Source: Flavobacteriia bacterium
GTDB taxonomy: Bacteria; Bacteroidota; Bacteroidia; Flavobacteriales_D; Crocinitomicaceae
Reading direction: 5' to 3'
NCBI GenBank assembly: GCA_046301895.1
Contig: JBKCJG010000008.1
Location: 961-64,960 of the forward strand
DNA: 64,000 nt
The notes under the pieces were generated by a model, which saw only the letters and a list, made by a program, of their open reading frames with translations, was not told where the DNA came from and made no database searches. Every line of letters starts with the position of its first letter. Positions within the stretch are counted from its first letter, which is position 1. The position numbers and the translations under genes were made by a program. Below are positions 1 through 8,591 of this stretch, one piece after another.

Positions 1-381
1 CAAGATTTTCTTGTATCGCTAGTTGCTTATTCCCCTAATGGTTGTACAGATACTGCATTTCTACTGATCGGCGTGAAAGAGGAATTAATTTTCTATGTTC
101 CAAATACATTTACTCCGGATGGAGATGCATACAACCAAACGTTCCAACCTATTTTTACTTCAGGATTTGACCCTTACGATTACACATTATACATCTTTAA
201 TCGCTGGGGTGAGACGATTTTCGAGTCGCACAATGTGGATATTGGTTGGGATGGTTCGTATGGTTCCGGAGGTGAAAACATCAATTGCCAAGGCGGAACG
301 TACACATGGAAAATCATTTATAAAATTAAGGGAAATGATGATCGAAAAGAGCTTGTTGGACATGTAAATCTCTTAAGGTAG
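1..381 (+). CDS. 3' end of a T9SS cargo protein with a type B (gliding-motility-associated, CHU_C-like) C-terminal sorting domain; the 5' end lies outside the window
   Basis: Frame 1 is open from base 1 to TAG at 379-381. Tail reads YVPNTFTPDGDAYNQTF...FNRWGETIFES...GWDG...GTYTWKI...GHVNLLR, typical of the type B CTD. Confidence 0.75.
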   Translation, partial: QDFLVSLVAYSPNGCTDTAFLLIGVKEELIFYVPNTFTPDGDAYNQTFQPIFTSGFDPYDYTLYIFNRWGETIFESHNVDIGWDGSYGSGGENINCQGGTYTWKIIYKIKGNDDRKELVGHVNLLR

Positions 382-451
382 GCGTGTATGGTTGAATTCA
401 AGAATTGTACGTTAAATTCCTAAAATAAAGCGAAATCAAACATAGTAAATT

Positions 452-478
452 AAAAGGTAGTCATTATTAACACCTTTT
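452..478 (+). terminator. Weak AT-rich hairpin plus T-run downstream of the first gene
   Basis: AAAAGGT (452-458) pairs with ACCTTTT (472-478) around a 13-nt loop, followed by T. Only 3 GC pairs. Confidence 0.3.
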
Positions 479-580
479 TAAAACAGTTAATATTCGGTAA
501 ACGATATACTGATCAAAGGTTGATATTAATCCAATATTCAATTTATCGCATACGATCAATTTTGTTGAAAATTATTTTCG

Positions 581-3500
581 ATGAAAAAGATCATTTCTTA
601 CGGGTTTGCACTTTTTGCAAGTCTTCCATTGTTTTCTCAGTCAAACGTTGGTTTCTGGGATTTTAACTCATCAGTATCCGACGCGGCTGTTGGTACGGGT
701 ATTTTAACACCTGTTACTGGCTCTGGAGCCTTGACTCTTCTTGGGGGAACCACGTCCACATTTGCGACGGGTAACTTAGCTGACCCTAATATTTCAGATA
801 ATTCCGGTTTGAATTTGACTACATGGCCTGCTCAAGGAACAAACCCGAGAACAGCAGGTGTTCAATTTGATGTTAGTACTTCAGGGTACAACAGGATCGG
901 AATTGAGTTCTGGCAACGATTGAGTAATACAGCTGCGAACACCTGGGTGCTTCAATATACCCTCGATAAAACAGGTGTGAGCACAGGAGGAACTGTCGTT
1001 TGGGTTGATGCAACAACTTTCACGTTTGTTCCACAAGCCATTGGAACCGGTGATACATGGTATTTCAGATCATTTAGTTTTGCAGCAATATCAGGATTGA
1101 GCAATAATGCGAATGCTGGTTTTCGGATAGTTTCTGATTTTGATCCAACAACCGGGACTTATTTATCGGCAAGGTCAACAAGCACTTATGGGACGACCGG
1201 AACATCACGGATCGATCTTGTGCGCATTTTTGAAACAGCACCGGATGTTTCTATTGCGGCTGCCAATAATTTTTCACAGTATTTTGAGAGTATTGGAAGT
1301 ATTGGAAGTATTAATATCCCTATCACTGTTGCCAATGCTAACCAGGCTCCTGTGAATTTAACTTTTTCTTTTTCTACATACAGCAATGCGACCGAAGGAT
1401 CTGATTTTGCATGGACGAATAGCTTCACAATACCCGCAAATCAAAATGGTGTATTTAATTTCCCTTTAACAATTCTCGATGATGTGGATGCAGAAAAGGC
1501 TGAACGAATAATACTAAAGGTCAATTCTAATACGAATGCCAATGTATCGCTCACGAATAATTATCAGATCATCTTCATAAAAGACAATGATTTCCAGGCA
1601 CCTACCGCAACAAATGAACTGAACTTGAGTCTCTTGTCCAGTTTTTCAAATGGTGCGGCAACTACAAATTCTGCGGAGATCGTGGCTTTTGACCCAACAA
1701 CGGATAAGCTTTACATAGCGAACAGTATTGGTCAGAAACTGGATATTGTGAATTTTTCTAATCCTTCCAGTCCTGTTCTTCTGAGCAGTGTTTCGCTTGC
1801 TTCGTATGGAAATATTAATTCAGTAACAGCAAGAAATGGTTATGTAGCCATGGCTGTGGAGAGCATTCCCGCCCAAAACAACGGAAAAGTAGTCATTCTC
1901 GATGCTAGCGGCAATTTTATCAGTCAGGTAGATGTTGGTGCCATGCCAGATATGATCACCTTTAACAAGGATTACACAAAATTGCTCACGGCGAATGAGG
2001 GCGAGCCAAGTTCAGATTATAGTGTTGACCCAGAGGGGTCTGTATCGATCATAGATCTGTCAGCCGGCTACGCATCTTTAACAAACAGTAATGTTACAAC
2101 GATTGGTTTATCCTCATTTAACGGACAAGAAACTGCACTGAGAGCTCAGGGAATAAGAATCTTCTCTACAAGTGCAAGCGTTGCTCAGGATCTTGAGCCC
2201 GAATATATTGCCGTATCGAATGATAATTCCAAGGCATTTGTTACGCTGCAGGAAAATAATGCGTTGCTTACGATTGATCTCACAACCAATGCGATTGTTT
2301 CTCTTTCACCATTGGGTTATTCTTCCTATGCTGCAGGTTCCGGAAATGCGTTGGATGCATCCGATCAAAGTGGTGCTGTACTAATAACAGGTGATCTACC
2401 GGTAAAAGGGACCTACATGCCTGATGCCATCACAGAAGTATCAATTGGAGGTCAATCATACTTGATCACTGCAAATGAAGGAGACTCTCGTGAGTTTGGG
2501 ACTGTTATTGATGCGAACAGAATTTCTTCAACAACGTTCAATAACCTGGACCAGACAGCATTTCCTGATCAGAATATTCTACGAAACAATAAATTTCTTG
2601 GTCGATTGAGTGCCTTGAAATATTCAGGAGATACAGATGGTGACGGGGATTATGATCAATTGCACATTATGGGTGGCCGATCATTTACAATTTGGAATGC
2701 AACAACAGGTTTGCCCGTGTTTGATTCCAAGGACATGATCGAGCAGATAACTGCCAATCACCCTCAATTCGGCTCTATCTTTAATGCATCCAATTCTATA
2801 GGGGCTCCAAGTTTGAAAAACAGGAGTGACGATAAAGGTCCGGAACCAGAGGGCGTTACCGTGCAGCAGTTCAATGGGAACACGTATGCATTTGTATCAT
2901 TGGAAAGAATTGGAGGTGTCATGATCTTCAACATTAATGACCCTTCAAATCCAATTTATGTGGGGTATCACAACAATCGATCGACTTCATTATCCGGACC
3001 TGATCTTGGTGCAGAAGGGATCATTACAATTCCTGCTTCGGATTCGCCGAATGGCAATGATCTTGTCATCCTTGCTAATGAGATTAGCTCGACGCTTTCA
3101 ATCTATCAGATGCAGACTTGTGCACAAGCATCAGGAGCAGTTATTGCAAGTACAGATAATACAATCTGTCCCGGACAATCAACTCAATTGGTTATTCCAG
3201 GAGCAACATCTACTACCTACCAGTGGTACCGCAATGATCAGATCATTCAGAGTGCAACAGGTACATCCCTATCTGTCAACACGGATGGAACATATTCGGT
3301 AGTAGCAACCAATAGTCTTTTGGGGTGTAGCGATGAATCGGTGGATTACAGCGTAACACTTAATCCTGTTCCGAATGTCAGTGCGGGGTCTGATATCACC
3401 GCCTGTGGTGGAAGTCAAATTGCTTTGAATGCAGTAGGTGCAACGACATATTCCTGGAATAACGGTGCTGTAGGTTCAAGTTTGAGTGTTAATACTGTCA

Positions 3501-4714
3501 ATCAAACATACACATCAGTATACACTGTGACAGGTACAGACCTTGTTACGGGTTGTTCATCAAGTGATCAGATAGTTTTGACTGTTAACGCCTTGCCGAT
3601 TATTGATGCCGGTAATGACGTAACAGCATGTGACAATGATTTCATTACACTTACTGCTTCGGGAGGGCTCAATTACTCATGGACAGGAGGTGTTGTCGAT
3701 GGTGTTCCTTTCCAGTTAGCCGCAGGGTCAAATATTTTTACTGTTACGGGAACTGATGGAAACAACTGTTCATCGTCAGATGATATCACGGTAACGGTTA
3801 ATGTATCACCGACCATTTCTGCAGGTTCCGACCTTTCCGTTTGTCCTTCAGATTTACCGATCACATTATCAGCGACTTCTGATCAGCCTTCAACAACATT
3901 CGTGTGGAATGGTGTTTCAGCTTCTCCTGAAATTGAAGCAACACAATCCGGCATATACAGTGTTGAGGGCTTTAATGAATTTGGATGTTCATCCTCCTCT
4001 TCAGTCGAGTTGACGGTTTATCCGGAAATTACCGTTCAGGCGGGTGATCAGATCAATGCTTGCTCGGAAGAGTTACCTATCGAACTTGTTACGACCACCT
4101 CTGCACCTGTCAATACATACAGTTGGTCAACAGGCGAGACAACACAGTCTATAGAAGTTTCCTTGGCTGGTGTTTATGTTATCACTGTCGAGGATGTGAA
4201 TGGCTGTGAAACAAGTGATGAAGTGACTGTAACCGTATTCGAATCTCCGAGTGTAAGTGCAGGAGAGGATCAACTTCTCTGTGAAAGTGAATTACCAGCA
4301 ACACTAAATGCGAGCGGTACAGGTGGAACAGTTGCATGGAGTAACGGAGCGCAAGGCCCGCTGACACAAGTGAATTCAGCAGGTGTATACACGGTTACCG
4401 TAACTTCTTCAAATGGCTGTCAGGCTGCTGATGAAGTCGAAATAGCAGTTGAATCCTGTTTATCTATTGTAGAATTTGAAAATGAAATTCAATTATATCC
4501 AAATCCAGCTGTCGAAGCATTCACAATAGAGAGTTTGGATGCCCTGACAGGATCCTATCAGTTGTTTAGTTTTGATGGGAAACTTCACCGATCAGGTAGG
4601 TTGTCATCTGACAACAAGGTGACAATTAATATTGAATCTCTGAGTAAAGGAGTATATATGATCCGGTTAGATCTGGAAACAGGTACCAGAGAATACAGGA
4701 TAGTAAAGCAATAA
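581..4714 (+). CDS. 1377-aa secreted multidomain T9SS cargo: N-terminal unknown domain, Calx-beta-like domain, choice-of-anchor-I-like beta-propeller region, about 7 Cys-containing Ig-like repeats, type A CTD
   Basis: Signal peptide MKKIISYGFALFASLPLFSQ. Calx-beta-like DDVDAEKAERIILKV. Choice-of-anchor-I-like strings EPEYIAVSNDNSKAFVTLQENNAL, ANEGDSREF, PEPEGV. Repeated P..SAG.D...C modules. C-terminus LYPNPAVEAFTIESL...GVYMIRL...RIVKQ. Confidence 0.9.
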   Translation: MKKIISYGFALFASLPLFSQSNVGFWDFNSSVSDAAVGTGILTPVTGSGALTLLGGTTSTFATGNLADPNISDNSGLNLTTWPAQGTNPRTAGVQFDVSTSGYNRIGIEFWQRLSNTAANTWVLQYTLDKTGVSTGGTVVWVDATTFTFVPQAIGTGDTWYFRSFSFAAISGLSNNANAGFRIVSDFDPTTGTYLSARSTSTYGTTGTSRIDLVRIFETAPDVSIAAANNFSQYFESIGSIGSINIPITVANANQAPVNLTFSFSTYSNATEGSDFAWTNSFTIPANQNGVFNFPLTILDDVDAEKAERIILKVNSNTNANVSLTNNYQIIFIKDNDFQAPTATNELNLSLLSSFSNGAATTNSAEIVAFDPTTDKLYIANSIGQKLDIVNFSNPSSPVLLSSVSLASYGNINSVTARNGYVAMAVESIPAQNNGKVVILDASGNFISQVDVGAMPDMITFNKDYTKLLTANEGEPSSDYSVDPEGSVSIIDLSAGYASLTNSNVTTIGLSSFNGQETALRAQGIRIFSTSASVAQDLEPEYIAVSNDNSKAFVTLQENNALLTIDLTTNAIVSLSPLGYSSYAAGSGNALDASDQSGAVLITGDLPVKGTYMPDAITEVSIGGQSYLITANEGDSREFGTVIDANRISSTTFNNLDQTAFPDQNILRNNKFLGRLSALKYSGDTDGDGDYDQLHIMGGRSFTIWNATTGLPVFDSKDMIEQITANHPQFGSIFNASNSIGAPSLKNRSDDKGPEPEGVTVQQFNGNTYAFVSLERIGGVMIFNINDPSNPIYVGYHNNRSTSLSGPDLGAEGIITIPASDSPNGNDLVILANEISSTLSIYQMQTCAQASGAVIASTDNTICPGQSTQLVIPGATSTTYQWYRNDQIIQSATGTSLSVNTDGTYSVVATNSLLGCSDESVDYSVTLNPVPNVSAGSDITACGGSQIALNAVGATTYSWNNGAVGSSLSVNTVNQTYTSVYTVTGTDLVTGCSSSDQIVLTVNALPIIDAGNDVTACDNDFITLTASGGLNYSWTGGVVDGVPFQLAAGSNIFTVTGTDGNNCSSSDDITVTVNVSPTISAGSDLSVCPSDLPITLSATSDQPSTTFVWNGVSASPEIEATQSGIYSVEGFNEFGCSSSSSVELTVYPEITVQAGDQINACSEELPIELVTTTSAPVNTYSWSTGETTQSIEVSLAGVYVITVEDVNGCETSDEVTVTVFESPSVSAGEDQLLCESELPATLNASGTGGTVAWSNGAQGPLTQVNSAGVYTVTVTSSNGCQAADEVEIAVESCLSIVEFENEIQLYPNPAVEAFTIESLDALTGSYQLFSFDGKLHRSGRLSSDNKVTINIESLSKGVYMIRLDLETGTREYRIVKQ

Positions 4715-4723
4715 AAGATGAAA

Positions 4724-4756
4724 GAAAAAATCCCGGTCAATCCGGGATTTTTTTTT
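4724..4756 (+). terminator. Rho-independent terminator
   Basis: ATCCCGG (4730-4736) pairs with CCGGGAT (4742-4748) around a 5-nt loop, followed by 8 T. The A-run upstream makes it potentially bidirectional. Confidence 0.85.
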
Positions 4757-4848
4757 GAACATGGCAACTTGGATAACTCCCTAAGTTTTAACATCCTCTT
4801 AAAATAGAGGAAAAGCTACGGATGTAAATTCAAACTGAAAAAAATCAC

Positions 4849-5688
4849 ATGGAAAGACGAAACATTGAACTCATTGTATTAAGTGATGTTCACCTTGGAA
4901 CGTATGGCTCCCGTGCAGCTGAACTTTGTTCCTACTTAAATTCTGTAAAGCCGAATATTCTGGTTCTGAATGGAGATATCATTGATATGTGGCAGTTCAG
5001 CAAGCATTATTTCCCGCAGTCACATATTCAAGTATTGAGAAGTATTATTGATCTTTTGGAGCGTGGAACTACTGTTTACTATGTTACAGGTAATCACGAT
5101 GAGAATCTACGTAAGTTCAAAGGGCTTGAATTGGGGAACTTCAGCATTGTGAACAAATTATTACTGGATCTGCCTACAGGTAAAGCATGGATCTTCCACG
5201 GTGATGTTTTTGATACAACCATGAAACATTCCAAATGGATTGCAAAATTGGGCGGAAAGGGGTATGATCTGCTGATAGTGATTAACACCTTTATGAATTG
5301 GGTTAGTCTTAAGCTTGGCAGAGGAAGAATTTCATTCTCTAAACGTGTAAAGGAAAGTGTTAAAGGAATCATAAAACATGTAAATAATTTTGAAGAAACT
5401 GCAGCTGAGATAGCGCTATCAAACGGTTACTCATACGTTCTCTGCGGACATATACATCAGCCTAAAATCAGAAGTTTTCAGAAGGAGGATGGCCGTTCAA
5501 CAGTCTATTTGAATTCAGGAGACTGGGTGGAAAATATGACCGCGTTAGAATACAATGGTAGTGAATGGAAGTTAGTGTATTATAATCAGATGAATATCTC
5601 CGAGAAGATTAATCATGACAAACAGGATGCCCAAATTGACTTTACAGCCCTTCTCAAAGACATTATGAATCCGGAACTCATGAACTAA
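4849..5688 (+). CDS. LpxH-like metallophosphoesterase (UDP-2,3-diacylglucosamine diphosphatase family)
   Basis: Calcineurin-like motifs LSDVHLG, NGDIIDMWQF, GNHDE, GHIH. Length 279 aa. One-nt overlap (TAATG) with the next gene. Confidence 0.8.
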   Translation: MERRNIELIVLSDVHLGTYGSRAAELCSYLNSVKPNILVLNGDIIDMWQFSKHYFPQSHIQVLRSIIDLLERGTTVYYVTGNHDENLRKFKGLELGNFSIVNKLLLDLPTGKAWIFHGDVFDTTMKHSKWIAKLGGKGYDLLIVINTFMNWVSLKLGRGRISFSKRVKESVKGIIKHVNNFEETAAEIALSNGYSYVLCGHIHQPKIRSFQKEDGRSTVYLNSGDWVENMTALEYNGSEWKLVYYNQMNISEKINHDKQDAQIDFTALLKDIMNPELMN

Positions 5689-6728
5689 TGAAAATATTAT
5701 ATGGAATTCAAGGAACCGGAAACGGTCATCTATCGAGAGCGGAAGAATTGATCCCGGCATTTCAAAAATATGCAAACGTTGACGTGCTGATCAGCGGAAA
5801 TCAAAGCCAGTTGAACACGCGACTTGATTTTAAGTATACGCTTAGTGGATTGACTTTTGTGACCGGTAAAAAAGGTGGTATTTCAATTCCCGCGACAATC
5901 TGCAATTTCTCACCGAAGAAATTCATTCAGGACGTTCGTAATTTACCAATAGAGAATTATGATATTATAATTTCTGATTTTGAGCCAGTAACAGCATGGT
6001 CTGGTCGATTAAAAGGAAAGAAAGTGATTGAATTAAGTCATCAGGCCGGCGTAAAGCATCCGAATGCTCCCAAACCGGATCGATCTTTTAATCTCGGGAG
6101 GTTCATACTTCATAATTATTGTCCGAGTGATCACAAATATGGTTTTCATTTCGAATCATTTGCACCGTCCATTTTTACTCCTGTTCTGAGAAGAGAAATT
6201 CGGGAACTTGATCCAAAGCAGGGATCTTTTAATTTGGTTTATTTGCCTTCTTATGGTGACGAAGAAATCCTGAAATTCCTCAGAAATTTTGATTCGGAAT
6301 GGAAAGTATTTTCGAAGTATACAAAAGCGATCAATCGTAGAAGCAATGTAACCTTTCATCCAATCGATCAACAGGAATTTTTGAGGTCACTCGAGAAATG
6401 TAATGGTGTTTTATGTGGTGCGGGATTTGAATTACCTGCTGAAGCTATATACCTCAAAAAAAAGCTACTGGTTATTCCTTTAGCAGGACAATATGAGCAG
6501 TTTTGTAATGCTGAGGCGCTCAAAAAAATTGGTTACAGTTCTATCGATGATCTTGATCTGATCCACCACAGGCTGGTCAACAATTGGCTCAATGCAAGGT
6601 CTACAGATGGGCTTTTCTATGAAGATAATTCGGATTTAATAGCACAAAAAGTTCTTGGTATGTCCAAGGATGTTGTTGATCCTGTGGATGAACTAAATAA
6701 TGATTTGATTCTTTTATCCTCTTTTTGA
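5688..6728 (+). CDS. Glycosyltransferase, MJ1255/UDP-glycosyltransferase-like family
   Basis: N-terminus MKILYGIQGTGNGHLSRA and C-terminal GAGFELPAEA...Q.EQ.NA pattern of the GT-B family. Translationally coupled to the LpxH-like gene. Confidence 0.75.
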   Translation: MKILYGIQGTGNGHLSRAEELIPAFQKYANVDVLISGNQSQLNTRLDFKYTLSGLTFVTGKKGGISIPATICNFSPKKFIQDVRNLPIENYDIIISDFEPVTAWSGRLKGKKVIELSHQAGVKHPNAPKPDRSFNLGRFILHNYCPSDHKYGFHFESFAPSIFTPVLRREIRELDPKQGSFNLVYLPSYGDEEILKFLRNFDSEWKVFSKYTKAINRRSNVTFHPIDQQEFLRSLEKCNGVLCGAGFELPAEAIYLKKKLLVIPLAGQYEQFCNAEALKKIGYSSIDDLDLIHHRLVNNWLNARSTDGLFYEDNSDLIAQKVLGMSKDVVDPVDELNNDLILLSSF

Positions 6729-6758
6729 AGAGAATATCTTCAAATTCAAGTCACTTAA

Positions 6759-7844
6759 TTACTTTATCTGAATACCTCTCGATGAATACAAGCTTCCAGA
6801 CTGACTTTTGCTTCTATCTAAACTAAATGCAAAAGTACTTCCGACGCCAACGGTGCTTCTTACAGAAATGGTTTGTCCATGAGATTCAATAATATGCCTT
6901 ACAATTGCTAAGCCCAGACCTGAACCCCCTTCATTCCGGTTCCGACTCTTTTCAACTCTGTAGAATCGTTCAAACAAGCGCGGAAGATGTTTTTCTTCTA
7001 TCCCCGGACCATTATCTGACACCTCCACCGTAACGATATCATCAATTTTAAAAAAGCGAATGATTGTAACACCCTCCTGATTTCCGTAAAAGATCGAATT
7101 ATTGATAAGGTTTGTCAAAACCTGAGCAATTTTGGCCCGGTCTGCTTCTACCATAATTGATCCATACTCTTTTGAAAATGTAAGTTTAATTGATTTTTCT
7201 TGAGATCTCATGTCAAGTGAATCGATGATCTCTTTTGTCAATTCCACAATATCGAATGGGCGTTTGATCATTTTAAGTGATTCTGCCTCCAGTCGTGTAA
7301 TCTGATCGAGATCTTCAAGAATATTAACCATTCGGTCTGTGGCTTTGGATGCTCTTTCCAGAAAAGCCCGATTCACTGTTTCGTCTTCGAGTCCTCCTTC
7401 AAGAAGGGTAAGAATGTATCCCTGTATTGAGAATACAGGAGTCTTTAATTCATGTGCAAGATTTCCCAGGAATTCCCGGCGGAACTCCTCTTGTTCCTTT
7501 AAACGGGAGATCTCGATGTTTCGTTCCTCTGCCCATCGTTTGGTTTCTTTTTCCGCATCGGCAATGACATCATCCGTAATGCGAAATTTGACGTCAGTTT
7601 CCGGTGTTATTTTCCCTTTCCGAATGGATCGGTAAAGCACCTTTAAACGGTCATTGAGGAAACGTTGAATAAAGAAATAAAAAACCCCAAATGAAATTAA
7701 TCCGGTAATGAAGGGGAGGCCGATCATCACCCAAAAAGGAAAATTCATTATCTGTAGATCGATAATGAATGTAATGATAAAAGTAAGTACCACGATGATG
7801 GCACTTCCTCCGATAACAAGATGAATGGGTTTGAAGTTCTTCAC
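6759..7844 (-). CDS. Sensor histidine kinase with two TM helices separated by about 6 residues (no periplasmic sensor domain), HisKA and HATPase_c
   Basis: H-box LGNLAHELKTP, N-box LTNLINNSIFY, G-boxes DNGPGI and GGSGLGLAIV. One-nt overlap with the upstream regulator gene. Confidence 0.9.
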   Translation of the reverse strand: MKNFKPIHLVIGGSAIIVVLTFIITFIIDLQIMNFPFWVMIGLPFITGLISFGVFYFFIQRFLNDRLKVLYRSIRKGKITPETDVKFRITDDVIADAEKETKRWAEERNIEISRLKEQEEFRREFLGNLAHELKTPVFSIQGYILTLLEGGLEDETVNRAFLERASKATDRMVNILEDLDQITRLEAESLKMIKRPFDIVELTKEIIDSLDMRSQEKSIKLTFSKEYGSIMVEADRAKIAQVLTNLINNSIFYGNQEGVTIIRFFKIDDIVTVEVSDNGPGIEEKHLPRLFERFYRVEKSRNRNEGGSGLGLAIVRHIIESHGQTISVRSTVGVGSTFAFSLDRSKSQSGSLYSSRGIQIK

Positions 7845-8530
7845 TATTCGCTAAAGGTATATCCGACTCCTTTAATAGTACGAATATAATCATCTCCCAG
7901 CTTTTCACGAAGTTTTCTGATATGAACGTCGATTGTTCGTTCACCAACAATTGTTTCATTACCCCATACGATCGAAAGGATCTGTTCACGGGTGTAGACT
8001 TTACCCGGTCGGCTTGCCAAGAGTTCGAGCAGTTCAAATTCTTTTTTTGGCAATAACAAGCTACGGCCATTTATGTCGACCATGAATTTTTCTCTGTCTA
8101 TTCGAATATTCTTGTTCGAATTGGTGTCTGTAATACTAAAAGGGCGATCAAGTCTTCTGAGTAAGGATTCTACTTTACTGATCAGCAGACGAGGCCTCAC
8201 CGGTTTTGTGATGTAGTCGTCTGCACCTGCTTCGAATCCGGCAATCTGCGAATAATCTTCTGATCTGGATGTCAAGAAGGCGATGATCGGTTGCGTAATG
8301 TTGAGGTCTTTTCGGATAACCTGACACGCTTCGATCCCATCCATTTTGGGCATCATGATATCCATTAAAATAAGCGATGGATTCATTTGCTGGGTCATTT
8401 TTACGCCTTCCTCACCATTGGTTGCCGTAAACACCTTGTATCCTTCTTTTTTAAGGTTGTATTGTAAAAATTCAATGATGTCCGGTTCGTCATCTACCAG
8501 TAGTATTGTATGTCCTTTAAGCGTATCCAT
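7844..8530 (-). CDS. OmpR/PhoB-family response regulator (RR-1)
   Basis: Receiver LLVDDEPDI...MDIMMPKMDG...ADDYITKP. Winged-helix C-terminus RTIDVHIRKLREKLG...IRTIKGVGYTF. Confidence 0.9.
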   Translation of the reverse strand: MDTLKGHTILLVDDEPDIIEFLQYNLKKEGYKVFTATNGEEGVKMTQQMNPSLILMDIMMPKMDGIEACQVIRKDLNITQPIIAFLTSRSEDYSQIAGFEAGADDYITKPVRPRLLISKVESLLRRLDRPFSITDTNSNKNIRIDREKFMVDINGRSLLLPKKEFELLELLASRPGKVYTREQILSIVWGNETIVGERTIDVHIRKLREKLGDDYIRTIKGVGYTFSE

Positions 8531-8548
8531 TGAATTCGATTTGAAGTT

Positions 8549-8578
8549 AAAAAGGGAACCTCCATGAAGGAGGTTCCC
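8549..8578 (-). terminator. Strong hairpin terminator after the T9SS cargo gene, only about 16-18 nt before the RR-1 start codon
   Basis: GGGAACCTCC (8554-8563) pairs with GGAGGTTCCC (8569-8578) as a 10-bp perfect stem with a 5-nt loop. The minus-strand U-run corresponds to plus AAAAA 8549-8553. Confidence 0.75.
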
Positions 8579-8591
8579 AATTTTGGGTATC

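Noticed and set aside
517-524. Extra copies of AGGTTGAT (517-524 intergenic, 57167-57174 inside the E1 gene) as further members of the AGGTT-repeat element.
   Set aside because: Only the 8-mer matches. There is no C-free tract, no flanking GTAG and no hairpin. An 8-mer is expected about twice by chance in 128 kb of two-strand sequence.
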